From Sphyrna mokarran (lineage: Eukaryota): DNA of 64,000 bases. Of this stretch, positions 36,207-48,000 are shown in pieces. A program made the position numbers and the translations under genes. Location: the NCBI GenBank assembly GCA_024679065.1, contig JAGIQG010000024.1, forward strand, positions 3,100,001 to 3,164,000. The letters are read 5' to 3'. The notes under the pieces were generated by a model. That model was not told the DNA's origin. It searched no databases and worked only from the letters and a program-made list of their open reading frames with translations. Positions within the stretch are counted from its first letter, which is position 1. Every line of letters begins with the position of its first letter.

Positions 36207-36927
36207 GGGGGTGTTGCATTTCCATGTTGTCCACAATGCCTGTGGAGTACTTGTAATTGTGTACATACGTTTGTTTATGGGAGCTTTGAAATAAAGGGGT
36301 GTTATATTTTTAGATACTACCCCTTTAAGAATGTGAGTCAGGTGACCCTCTTCACCCAGGGTGGAATTTGAGGAGTCAGTCTAGGGCTAACTGTGAAGCG
36401 GGAAAGACCTAAAATAAATGATTCTTTGTTTAAATTCTACAGCCCTACCTTGTGGTCCCTTTATGTCTTATAACAAAGACCCACACATAATAGTATCGAA
36501 CAGCTTTTTTAATTCCCTCATGTTTTTCCAGGGCCATTTATTAATTCTTCAAAGAGTTTTTCAGGGCAGCGACTTCTCACTGAGAGGTCTGGAGGCTTAT
36601 GTGGTTAAACGTTAAATGTTTACCGGTAACACACAACTATATTGATCTCCACAGGATAGCCTTGACCAGATACTGTCTGTGTCTGTCCCTCTACTGTGGC
36701 TACATTCATGGCTGGGTTTCCCTGGAGAGGGAGCATATGGTGTCCGAGGGCATTGTTGATGCCTTCCATGCCCATTGGACACTGGAGGGGTTGTGCTGTA
36801 TTATTGACTCCTGTAATCACATTTTACTTTGATTTCCTTTCTACTTTCTCCTGTTTCACATGGTTCCCTTCTTTTTGGGGGTTGCCCCTTTTAATTTATC
36901 CCTCGGTTCATTTGATTTAGTTTAATT

Positions 36928-37185
36928 GTAGAATCATAGAACACTAGAGTGCAGAAAGAAGCCCTTCGGCCTATCGTGTCTGCACCAAATACAATCCCAC
37001 CCACGCCCTGTCCCCGTATCCCTTCATATTCTACCCACTAATTCTCTAACTTATGCATCCCTGGACATTAAGGGACAATTTTTTAGCATGGCCAATCAAC
37101 CTAACCCGCACATCTTTGGACAGTGGGAGGAAACTGGAGTACCCGGAGGAAACCCATGCAGACATGAGGAAAATGTGCAAACTTA
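36928..37185 (-). mobile_element. HE1/V-SINE-like element
   Basis: V-domain cacatctttggacagtgggaggaaactggagtacccggaggaaacccatgc and CR1-type tail. Confidence 0.8.
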
Positions 37186-37589
37186 ATTGTTTAGTTAAAA
37201 AATTGACCAGGCACTATGTGCATGCTGGCTTCTGGTGGATAAAGCAAAATACTGTGGACATTGGGAAATATGAAATAAAAACACAAATTGCTGGAAAAAC
37301 TCAGTAAATCTGATACAATCTGTGGAGGTAAACAGAGTTAATGTTTTGAGGCCATATGATCTTCACACACCAAAAATGTGCAGGTTAGGTTGATTGGCCA
37401 TACAAACTTTCCCCTTAGTGTCAAGGGGATTAACAGGGTAACATGCATGGGGTTATGGGGATAGGGCCTGGGTGGGATTGTTCATGTTTGTCAGTGCTGG
37501 CTTGATGAGTCACATGCAACAGTTCTATGATTCATCACTAACTCTGTTTCTCTCTGTGCAGACACTGCCAGATCTGCTGAGTTTTCCCA

Positions 37590-37855
37590 GGGTAGAAATG
37601 TCAATTGCCAGGGGACATAGGTTTAAGGTAAAAGGGTTAAGGTAAATTACTGGAATGTGCTGCCAGAGGAGATGGTAGAAGCAGATTACAAAGCAATGTT
37701 TAAGAGGCATCTGGGTAGAGACACAAATAAGTAGGGAATAAAGAAATATGAACTGCATAGAGCCAAAAGGTCTTAGTTTAGAAAGGCATCATGTATAGTG
37801 CCATCTTAGCTTGGTGGGCTGAAGGCCTATTCCTGTGCTGTTCTGTTCTGTTTTC
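37590..37855 (+). mobile_element. CR1 3'-end fragment
   Basis: ggggacataggtttaaggt...gggctgaaggcctattcctgtgctgttctgttctg. Confidence 0.7.
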
Positions 37856-38809
37856 TAACATTTTTTGTTTGATTACTACCATACTCAGTCCACTATCATG
37901 TGACTCTCCATGTTTCCTCAGTTTCTTTTAGGTCAAATGAAGTAAACAAACTCAAATTACATTAGGACAAAGTAAAAGGAAGGGGAACAGCCCAAAGAAA
38001 CACAAAAGTACAAAGGAAACTTAAGACACATAAAATCAAAATATGATTGTTGGAGTTTATAACGCACCTCAGCCCCCGTGGTGCCCAGCGGGCATGGAAA
38101 TGTTTCTCCAGTCCCGCATTAACCTTTACTGACCCTATATGACCTTTCCCCACTACTCAGATTTCAGAACTTCCTCCCACTTCTTGAAAGGTTTTCCCAA
38201 AACTAATGATATTAATAATTGTGGAAGCAAAATGGTGCTTTATAAATAAAAATAAAGTATCATAGGGAATGGATGGCCAAATATTAGCCTTTTAAGAATC
38301 TCTGAATGTGCTGTTCTAAATGATTTGTTCAATCCGGCAATCGTATACCTTGCCATTTGCTAATTGTTGTTTGTGGTATTTTATTGTGTTAGGCTGAATA
38401 GATTGCTGACACAATCACAAGAGTCACCGAGTGCAAAATAAAAACAGTTCCTTGTTTGTGGAACGCTTTGGAGTGTCTTGAGAATATGAAACGTGACAAT
38501 AAATTCAACCCGTAGCTTCCACACACACCCCCCCCCCGTGACATGTGGTACAGCAGAAGCTTCCTGTAACAGTAAATAGCCCGTAGGCAATGTAGCAGAT
38601 CCTGCAGCTCACGTACAGCATGTCTGCAATCTTTACTGGGACGGATTTAATGAGATGCTGTTCCAATTTTAAACTAACCAATGGGGATGAACATATCAAA
38701 ATAAAGGGCAAGAGCCCGTCCAGCATGGAGAAGAGCCATTTTGAGGCTGTGAATTGGCAGCAAATGGAACTCCAATTGCCCCCCCCTTCCCCCAATGAGG
38801 GCAGCGTGA

Positions 38810-39480
38810 ACGGCGGGGGAGCGGGGCGGGGCGGGGCGGGGCGGGGGGGAGAAATCTACTACAACAACAACAACAACAACCAGCCGCGGCCCTTTGTCCC
38901 AGCCCGAGGGAACGACAGCCGCCCCCTGATTGGCTGCAGCACTGTAACAGTTTGGCCGAGACCGCCTCCTGATTGGCTGCAGCCCCTGTAACAGTTTGGC
39001 CGAAACCACCTCCTGATTGGCTACGGCGCTGTATCGGCTGGGCACGCTCTGTGATTGGCTGTGGCGCTGTATCGGCTGGGCACGCTCTGCGATTGGCTGT
39101 GGCGCTGTATCGGCTGGGCACGCTCTGCGATTGGCTGTGGCGCTGTATCGGCTGGGCACGTTCTGTGATTGGCTGCGGCGCTGTCTCCGGGTTCCATTTT
39201 CTGCTACATTCAGGGGGCGGGGCTCGGTAGTTCCTCTCCGGCAGCTGATGGTCCGAGTGGCCGGGAACAGAGCTCTGAGAGCCGGCCTTCCGAGCAAGCA
39301 GCGCCGGGGTGTGCGCGCCAGGGCCGAGTGGGTGAGAGGGCGAGCTCGGAGAGGGGGTGGGTGCCGCGATGGGGATCGCTCTCTCTGTCTCTCCCTCCTC
39401 CCAGAGGTTTGGTCTCGTGGTGGGCCTGTCTTTTGTTCTCGCTCCTCTGACTTGTTTTTTTTCTGCTTTCCAACCTCCTC
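38810..39480 (+). promoter_or_regulatory. CpG-island promoter and first-exon region of PNRC2
   Basis: High CpG density; (GGGGC)n Sp1 boxes at 38813-38848; (AAC)n at 38859-38880; seven inverted CCAAT boxes; GC box near 39215. Confidence 0.8.
38925..39185 (+). repeat. CCAAT-box minisatellite (two 43-44-nt units, then four and a half 38-nt units)
   Basis: GATTGG starts at 38928, 38971, 39015, 39053, 39091, 39129 and 39167; 38-nt unit gattggctgtggcgctgtatcggctgggcacgctctgc. Confidence 0.95.
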
Positions 39481-39707
39481 CCCCTCCCCGTTAACTCTCA
39501 GTCCGAGAACAAACAGCGCCGACTCTCACTCTGCTCCCCTCTGAAGGAGGAAAGAAAGTGGTGATGTTGTTAAATGGCCGTTTTCATGTCGTGTGAGAAA
39601 ATTCTGCCGCAAAAGGGGGAGGGGAACGTTTAAATTAAACGCAATTTTCAAATAAAACTTTACTGTTTATGGAAAAAAGGTTTCTCGTTTTGTCCTTTTC
39701 CGCGCAG

Positions 39708-39999
39708 TCGTTCTGGTTGATTTTAAAAAAACATGTATTTTTTAGACTTGATTGTTCGAAGCTGATTTTTGTGTTTTGCTCTTGAAGGAAGTGACTTGTA
39801 CCCAGCCCTGTGTGCCGAGCAGACCCATGTTGTGTTTGGCTCCACCATCTTCTGTCCGAGTTCGGCTCGTGCAAATTCTTAGCTGGGAAAAGTCAGCCAG
39901 ATTGACCAGTGGCGAGAGATCTCCGATAATCTGGAGCCCAAGTTTCCAGAAGGCTTTGGATAAGGCGGTGGATGAGTTTTGGGATTTTTCAACGGAGAG
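39708..39999 (+). other. PNRC2: candidate non-coding 5' exon of PNRC2
   Basis: Donor GAG|gtaggt at 39999/40000; candidate acceptors end at 39707, 39744 and 39787; the coding exon has a clean acceptor ending at 42496. Confidence 0.4.
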
Positions 40000-40179
40000 G
40001 TAGGTGTGTGAGCCGATCTCAGACTCGGAAACATCCATAGAATCCCCACCGCGGAGAAAGAAAGAGGCAAAATAAAAACAAATTACTGCGGGTGCTCGAA
40101 TCTGAAACCAAAAGAGAGAATGCTGGAAATGTCAGCAGGTCTGGCAGCATCTGTATGGAGAGAAAAGAGCTGAAAGCAG

Positions 40180-40450
40180 GAAGAGGTCTTTAGGCCCATC
40201 GAATCTGCACCGACTCTCCAAAGAACATGTTTCCCAGACAACCGCCCCAGTAATCCCACCGTACCCAACCTGCACATTTTTGGACAGTAAGGCACAATTT
40301 AATGTAGCCAACCCACTTGCACATCTTTGGACTGAGAGGAACATCTAGAAGAAACGACACAGATGCAAAGAGAACGAGCTAACTGCACATAGTCAGCAAG
40401 ACTGGAATTGAACCCAGGTCCCTGACGCTGAGAGGCAGTACTAACCACTA
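40180..40450 (-). mobile_element. HE1/V-SINE-like element
   Basis: tRNA-like head gtggttagtactgcctctcagcgtcagggacctgggttcaattcc on the minus strand. Confidence 0.75.
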
Positions 40451-40484
40451 CATTCATCGACAAAGATTGCATAAACTAAAACTA

Positions 40485-40660
40485 AAACAAAAACAGAAAA
40501 TGCTGGAAAGTCTCAGATCTTCTGACAGCATCTGTGGAGAGAGAATAGAGACGTTTCAAGTCTAGGTGACCTTTCATCAGATGCTGTCAGACCTTAGATT
40601 TTCCAGCATTTTCTGTTTTTGTTTCAGATTCCAGCGTTTGCAGTATTTTGCTTTTATCTT
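40485..40660. repeat. palindromic repeat with a hammerhead core on the minus strand
   Basis: Arms aaaaacagaaaatgctggaaa / ttttccagcattttctgtttt; minus strand 40580-40550 reads CTGATGA-A-AGGTC-accta-GACTT-GAAA-CGTC. Confidence 0.75.
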
Positions 40661-41564
40661 GTTGAATAAACTAAACAGTTCCAAATTATGAAACATTTTT
40701 TCAAACAATTGTTAGTCCTCTCTAGGATGAGTCAATTTAATCCTATCTCGAGCTGCCATAAACTTTAATGATTACAACTTCCATTTCTTTTTCAAAGATC
40801 ACATGCGGCCCATAACATTAATATTAGTGCTGTTCAGCCCAGAACTGTAATTGGAAAGTTACTTTATTCTTTCTTGGGACATGGGATTGCTGGCAAAGTC
40901 AATATTTGTATTTTAACCTGTTCACATTGTGTTTTGGGGGTTAATTAGGATTGTGTTCTGGAATTGAAGGAGTATTCTGTACTTAGTATATTCATAAATG
41001 TGTTTTGTCTGTTTTCTATTTTGTGGTCTTAAAATCTCAACTGTCTCTAAATTTTTCTGAGCTGTTCCTTGGGTAATATGGTTAGTTTACAATGGCATCA
41101 CATATATTTTCAATTCAGTAAGCACTTCCTATAATCATACCTGATTTTGAAAATCAGAGGCTTCTGTTTAGGCAGATATGAATGCTGCTTTGTGACTAAA
41201 ACTGCTTAAAGAGAACCTTATTGAAAAGAAAGGGGTCCTCATGACTTTTTCAGTGGCACTTTGCAATGAAGTTGTTCTCTGCTATCCCAGTTAGTATTTA
41301 AAAAAAACAAAATGTTGAAAAATCTCAGCAGATCTGATAGCATCTGTGGAGAGAGAAAAGCTGATGCTTTGAGTCTGTTAGTCTCTGTCAGAGTTTTTGG
41401 TATAGAATCAATGTAACTTATAGCTCAAAAATTAGAACAGGAACATTTCAATGTTTAAAAAGCCATGCCCCAGATTGAAATATCATTACCTTTTGTCACA
41501 AGACACTTATTTTGATTCAATATTTGTGGTCAGTTATTCAAATGTGCAAGATATGGACTTAAAA

Positions 41565-42472
41565 TATAGGGGGCATGGTTAGTAGGTTTGCAGATGACAC
41601 CAAGATTGGTGGCATAGTGGACAGTGAGGAAAGTTATCTCCAGTTGCAATGGGATCTTCATCACTTGGCCAGTGAGCTGACAAATGGCAGATGAAGTTTA
41701 GTTTAGACAAACACAAGATGATACGTTTTGGTAGATTGAACCAGGGCAGGATTTACTCAGTTAATGGTAGGGTTTTGGAGAGAGTTACAGAATAGAGATC
41801 TAGGGGTACATGTTCATAGCTCCTTAAAAATAGAGTCTCAGTGGATAGAGCAGTGAAGAAGGCATTCAGCATGCTTGGTTTCATTGATCAGAACATTGAA
41901 TACAGGAGTTGGGTCATCTTGTTGAAGTTGTACAAGACCTTGATAAGGTCGCACTTGGAATATTATGTACGGTTATAGTCACCAATTAAATAGGATATTA
42001 CTAAACCAGAAAGATTGCAGAAAAGATTTACTAGAATGCTACTGAGACTTGATGGTTTTGAATTACAAGGAGAGCTGGATAGACTGGGACTTATTTCTCT
42101 GGCGAATAGGAGGCTGAGGGGTGATCTTAGAAATCTATAAAATAATGAGTACAGATGAGCTAGTTATATCTTTTCCCAAATGTAGGGGAATCTAAAACTA
42201 GAGGGCATAGATTTAAGGTAGGTGGGAGAGATACAAAACTGTCCAGAGAGGCACTTTTTTTCAGTGGTGAATGTCTGGAACAAGCTGCCAGAGGTAGTGG
42301 TAGAGGCAGATACAGTTTTATCTTTTCAAAAGCATTTAGATAGTTACATGGGTATCGGGGGGGGGATATGGGCCAAATGCAGGCAATTGGGATTAGTTTA
42401 AGGGTTTTTAAAAAGGGCGCATGGACAGTTGGGTCAAAGGGCTTGCTTCTGTGCTGTAAACCTCTGTCATTC
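41565..42472 (+). mobile_element. decayed CR1 3' fragment in the PNRC2 intron
   Basis: FADDTKIGG, VKKAFSML, LYKTL and RGHRFKV remnants; tail ends just before the acceptor polypyrimidine tract. Confidence 0.85.
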
Positions 42473-42521
42473 TAATTGGCTTTTATTTCTATGCAGGTGA
42501 TAGTTTCTTTGTAAAGAGAAA

Positions 42522-42971
42522 ATGGGAGGTGTTGAAAGATTAAATATCCCAATATCTCAACCAAGCCATGGGACTCCAAAGAGGAATCAGCACTTAAGCA
42601 ATAACAGACAGAAAAACAAGGATGATAATCTTTACCATGTGAAGACAATGCACAAGAAAGGTGAGAAGGGACATGGACGGCATCCATTTATCTCGGAAAT
42701 GTGCCAGGTTGTGCAGAAGGAAGGGAAACATGTTATGCACTTTACTGCAAATACTGCAAACAATCAGAGTTGGGAGGCAGTTCTGAGCAGCTCAAATACA
42801 CTGTTTAGATCACAGTGTGATCAAAATTATGCTGGAGCCAAGTTTAGTGAGCCACCATCACCAAGTGTACTACCCAAGCCTCCAAGTCATTGGGTACACA
42901 TTCCCCTGAAGCCTTCTGATCACAGTGAAATGGCCTTTCAATTGAAATCCATGCTTAAAGTGCAAGCGTAG
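42522..42971 (+). CDS. PNRC2: proline-rich nuclear receptor coactivator 2 (149 aa, single coding exon)
   Basis: MGGVERLNIP N-terminus; NYAGAKFSEPPSPSVLPKPPSHW motif; FQLKSMLKVQA C-terminus; acceptor tttctatgcag ending 42496; tail-to-tail with SRSF10 as in mammals. Confidence 0.96.
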   Translation: MGGVERLNIPISQPSHGTPKRNQHLSNNRQKNKDDNLYHVKTMHKKGEKGHGRHPFISEMCQVVQKEGKHVMHFTANTANNQSWEAVLSSSNTLFRSQCDQNYAGAKFSEPPSPSVLPKPPSHWVHIPLKPSDHSEMAFQLKSMLKVQA

Positions 42972-45035
42972 CTATTTCTTAAAATGCAGAAGAACCACAC
43001 AGCTGGAAACATTTAATGGTTTCTATTATTTAATACAGGAGTTTTATTTTTTTTAAAAGCACTGCCTTTATTGTCCTTCCAAGCTGGATATTTGCTTAAT
43101 TAGTCCAGTTTTGATTTGCGACCAGCAGTTGTACAGAGGGAATTTGTTCCCTCTTACCCATTCTGCCTTTCCTCCTTTTTGTCTGTGTGTTAACTGGAAA
43201 CTAAGTCCAAATTAGTGTTGCAGTTTTAGTGCTGGGGCATTCCCAGTGATAGAACTTTCATTACAATTGATTCAGTCCAAACAGTGCTGAGATTACTTTG
43301 GCCATCTTGCTGAACTTGTCCAACAGAAGCAAGTTGTCAATGTATTTTCATGTGCTGGAAAACATGTTTCATTACCTCTTTTGGAACTCCTGATATTAAA
43401 TTGGTTCTTAGTTTTTGGGTTGCAGAAAGATTCACAATACAGTACCTAATGCACAAGATGAAATTACATTTGCCAATGTTAAATGTTAGGGGCCTTTTGT
43501 GTTTTAATGTATATTTTCATTGAGAAATGTAGCTTTGTTACCAACCTACTGAGGCAAGTGTACTGTACCGAATAGGCAACCATTTAAAATAGCTGCTCGG
43601 TTTATTAACTGAAATTATTGAGCATTTATGTTGCCTGCTGTTGCTAAGATTAACACTAGACCTTTATCTGTCTTCAAATGAGCACTAAAATGTTATTCTA
43701 ATGCAAAACTGGAACATAAATTTTAATTGGTGGTCTGAAATTTATCATTTGCCAAAAATAAACTCTTGTACAGGGAACAAAGGTCTGTGTTATTTTAGAA
43801 TTGTCAATAAGAATGAAACTAGTTAAAGTTAATGTGCAAATTTAAAAACTTCTGGCCAGTTTCTTTTTTGAAAACTTTTAACCTGTAGAAAGAGCCACAA
43901 ATAATGTAAAACTTGTAGCATATGTATATTACAATGCAGGACTTTGCCTGCTGGATAAAGTATTTTAGTACAATAGTTAAATGTATAAATCATGCCACCA
44001 ATTTCTTGGTATGTCAAAACTTAAGAATATTTTTTGTTAAAGAATGGATAAGAAAAAGCACAAGTATTCCATGATGCTACATGTGACCAGTAAGCTTACA
44101 CATATGTTTTTGAAAAGAATTACTGGTCTTTATTGCTTGGTGCAGGGAAAAAAAAAGCTGTGGAAATGTATTTTCTATTTTAAAAGAAAAACTTTAAAAA
44201 AAATTGTGGTTGCTGCATATTCTGTAATGGTGATACCATTTGTTTTAAATAGACTGAAATGAGCAATCTGAATTTGTATTGCTGCTTGCACTTTTCACCA
44301 TTGAAAGAAAATCTAATCTTTTCACAAAGTGGGTAAAACCTATAAATGTCAAAGCCCATTCTGTAACCTTAACAGCAGAATTGTGATGGGCTTGGATTAG
44401 TGACTGTTGTCATGTTGGCTCACTGTTGCTGCACTGTACAGTTTGCTTTGAGAACACCGTATGTAAAGCTTTAATTCCAACAGCGATGGTCCAGTGAGCG
44501 TTGATTATTATTCTTTGCTCAAGTTGTTAGCTTTTGGTTCCTATATTGTGTACCAGATTTAGCGATAGCAACCATATCACACAATTTGTCAAGATGCTTC
44601 CCTTTGTCCAATGCTTGAAATTTTTATTTTGATTTGGTTTAAGCACTTTGAGTTATGAATCACCTATTTCACCACCCCACCCCTGGCCAACATTTTGCCC
44701 TTGTTTATTCAGCAGTCACACCAATTCAGGAATATGGTTCTGCTACCAATTTTATTGTTCTCGTCTCTGGTAGCACCTGACAGAGGGACAACTGTTCATT
44801 CCTGAATGAATACGTAATGAATGTCATCTTTCCCAAAAAGACATGCTGTACCTCTTGGCACCCTATCTTTGGTAAAATTATCTCCTAGTACAACGTGGCT
44901 TGGAATTCTGTCAGTTAACTTGATTTGTTATTAGCAGTTAAAATTTTGTAATGGAATGATTGTTTCACATTTTTGTAATTAATCCCTTAATTTGATTTTA
45001 AAACTGCATTTAACATGTTGTGAATTGGATATTCA

Positions 45036-45041
45036 AATAAA
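45036..45041 (+). promoter_or_regulatory. candidate distal polyA signal of PNRC2 (proximal AATAAA at 43757)
   Basis: AATAAA followed ~20 nt later by GU/U-rich gtgtttgtttttgt, closing a ~2-kb repeat-free 3'UTR-like tract. Confidence 0.6.
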
Positions 45042-48000
45042 GTTTTCAGCTCCCAAAATGGTGTTTGTTTTTGTCCCATAATTATGGGTTCATGTTGTAA
45101 CAAACCTCTGAAGGATGAGGGTGCGTAAGAATAACATTGCTCATGTATGCCAGATCAATTCAGAGTAACCTTACTTCACTCCTTTCGTTGGTTTTAATTT
45201 CACTTTCAATTAGGGGGAAACACTAAGTCAACAATGCTAGCAGCTGAGAAATGCTCAGTTAGCTGCACTCCTAAAACTTATATTAACTATGGCAAGAAGG
45301 ATAATGAGAAATTCAATTTAACAAACATCCAATAAATTTAACATTGTATCTTAGACTAGAACAGCTTGAATATGGTCACATTACCAAATGGCCTTTAATT
45401 GAAATTAATTTACCATACTGAGATGTGGGAAAAGAGGCAACTTGATCTTAGAACCTGTCACCAAATGTTTATCATAAACCAGCACTGTGGAACTATAGCT
45501 GGAGCTCTGGCTCCAGAGCAGCATTCCCGTCCCTAATGAATTAACTATGAATTATTCCAAGTATACTCTACAATATGAAATTGGATGTTTTTCGTTTGAA
45601 CATACAGAATTTTATTGCTGGAACATGATTGGAATGAGAGAATTGCATATTCACAATGGATCACTGGAGTGCATCTCTCCCCCACTTAAGTAATGAAGAC
45701 TGTGAAGGCATTGGAAGCTGGGAATTGAGATGTGAGCAGAATGCTCAACTCAACCATTGAAGTAGAAACCGTACACTACAGAAAGAGCTGTTTGGCCCAA
45801 TGAGTCTGCTCCAATTCAGAGCATCCCACCAACACCATCTCTGTAACTACACATTTACTATGTGTAACTAATCTAGCTTGCAATCTTTAGACTGTAGGAG
45901 GAAACTTATGCACAGAGAAAATGTGTAGAATTTAGTCATGAGGGTAGAGTTGAACCTGAGTCTCAGTTCCTCCAGTTGATATCCTCTCTTTTCAATCCAA
46001 CACAAATTCAAAATTGAACTCAATCATCTAAGATCACTAGTCTAGTGTTATTTGTTAGTGTTAGTCTAGTGGACATTTAGTTAAAGCCCTAGTTTCAAAC
46101 CACCCAGACCATGTGGGTTTTCAAATTTTCGTGGATTTTGGAACTCCATGTGGGCTCTCTGGACTTATTGATCAGTCTTAAACAAGTGATTGTAAATTTA
46201 TAGATTGGGCCTCCATACCAGAAATCCTCTGTCCATTGTAGTTCAGGCAAAATTTTAATCTATTAATCTTAGTGATTTCCACAGGATCCAAAGATTTCAT
46301 TCATGGGCATCACTAGCTGGCCAGCATTTGGTACCAATCCCTAACTGCCCTTGAAATGGTGATTGCTCATAGGTAAAGTCCATTTGCTGTGGGTTGATCC
46401 ACAATGCCATTAAGGAGGGAATTCCAGGATTTTGATCCAGTGACTGGAGGAAAGGCAGTGTTTCCAAGTCAGGATAGTGTGTGGCTTGGAGAATTTGTAG
46501 GTGGTGATGTAGCCATGTATCCTTCCAGATGGAAGTGGTTGTGGGTTGCACAGTCTAAGGATCTGTGAAACAGACATGTAGAGAATGAGGCCAGGAGGAG
46601 TTAAATCTTGGGAGTACTGTATTAGCTATGTATTGTGCTCCCTTTGTGTAAAGGAACAAAATCAACTGAATTCAAATTGTGCAGATACAACTCTTGCTGA
46701 TTCTAACTAGAGTGGCGTCTTCAATCCTTCCATTTTCTTTAGAGTTGTTATAGCACAGGAAGCTATTTGGTTCATTAGGTCTGCACCAGCTCTCCAAATG
46801 ATCATGACTCTGCACATTGTTCCTATTCAAACAGCTATCTGATGCCTCTTGAACACCTTGATTCAACCTGCTTCCACCACATAGAGGCAGTGCATTCCAG
46901 ATCCAATTACTTGTGAAAAATTCTCATCACATTTGCTTCTTCTGAAAATCACATGCCCCCCCTCATTTGTGATTATCCTACAAGCAGGAAGTTTCTCCCC
47001 ATTCACTCTTGTCCAGCCCCCTCATGATTTTAATCAAATTTCAGCCTTCTCTCCAAGAACTTTGGGACAGAAAATCTGGTTAAGAAACATAACATGCATT
47101 AATGAGTTCAGTTGTGAGCACTGTACAAAACAATGCACATTACTGTCTCTGAAACACAGCAAATCTTCAAATAGCCTCAACTGTAATACTTAAATCAACA
47201 CTGCAGAAAATCTAAACTGTGACCAGTTAAATTAGTGTCCAATTCAGGTACCACACCTTAGGACAGACACAAACAGTTAATGAGAGGAAATAATGCAGAG
47301 ATACAGAGAAGACCAGGCACATGGGACTAACAAAATTCAGTGCCCAAATGACCTTTTGAATTCTAATTATTCCATTCACAATATGGTGTCACTGCATAGA
47401 GTTCTCTCAGAAGTACAAGATTCTTTTAAGAAAATAAATCTTTCAGATACTTCATTATACAGCACAGATTTATTTACAAGTATGAAGTTACAGTCAGCTA
47501 TCATGAACAAAAAGGATGAACACAAACATCCACATCTGATTCAAAAACCTAAATGAAATATAGTTTGCTTTAATTGATAACCTGTGCTAAGTCTGTAAGA
47601 GGGTTTATTTGCACTGCATACCTTAAACTGAATTATAGGAAGTTATGAAAAGCGTACCCTGTATTTGTCATCTTCTCAAGCTTTTAGAGCAAGTCTTGAA
47701 TCTTGTCACTTCTTTGAGTCACAGCAAGGAACTGGACTTTAAAACCAAGATACCCTGAACCTAAACAAGAATTGTCACATAACCCTGATGTGATCCAAAC
47801 ACAGTTGATTAAGTCACTTACATTATATCGTGTAACACTTATTCTTTTCCCAGTTCTGCTTATTCAAATCACAAGGTGAATAGCTAAATGTGACCTCACT
47901 ATCTTCTGCCCCCCCCACCCCCCATTCTTAATCTTCCGTATATATTATTTGGTGCCATACAGAGCAACAAAGACTAGAATGGTCAATACTTGATTTCAAA

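Larger units (their letters stand above)
31900..36480 (+). mobile_element. degenerate Ty3/Gypsy LTR retrotransposon broken by nested insertions
   Basis: RT/RNaseH linker (MEAIMKVPSPENVSQL...LINYYGKFIPDL) at ~31970-32150; integrase pieces (ARGYFWWP ~33750; EIFARFG, GPQF, KRFVQTLKQA 34120-34300; NTPHA ~34780; FQRGEIILAGNY ~34940); polypurine tract at ~35884; probable 3' LTR TGTT...AACA at ~36212-36475 with AATAAA. Confidence 0.8.

Noticed and set aside
38925-39185. Regularly spaced 38-nt repeats resembling a CRISPR array
   Set aside because: The units are head-to-tail with no unique spacers, there are no cas genes, and the context is a vertebrate CpG-island promoter; it is a minisatellite
38620-39544. 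Several overlapping 85-207 aa ORFs on both strands
   Set aside because: By-products of the GC-rich promoter and its tandem repeat
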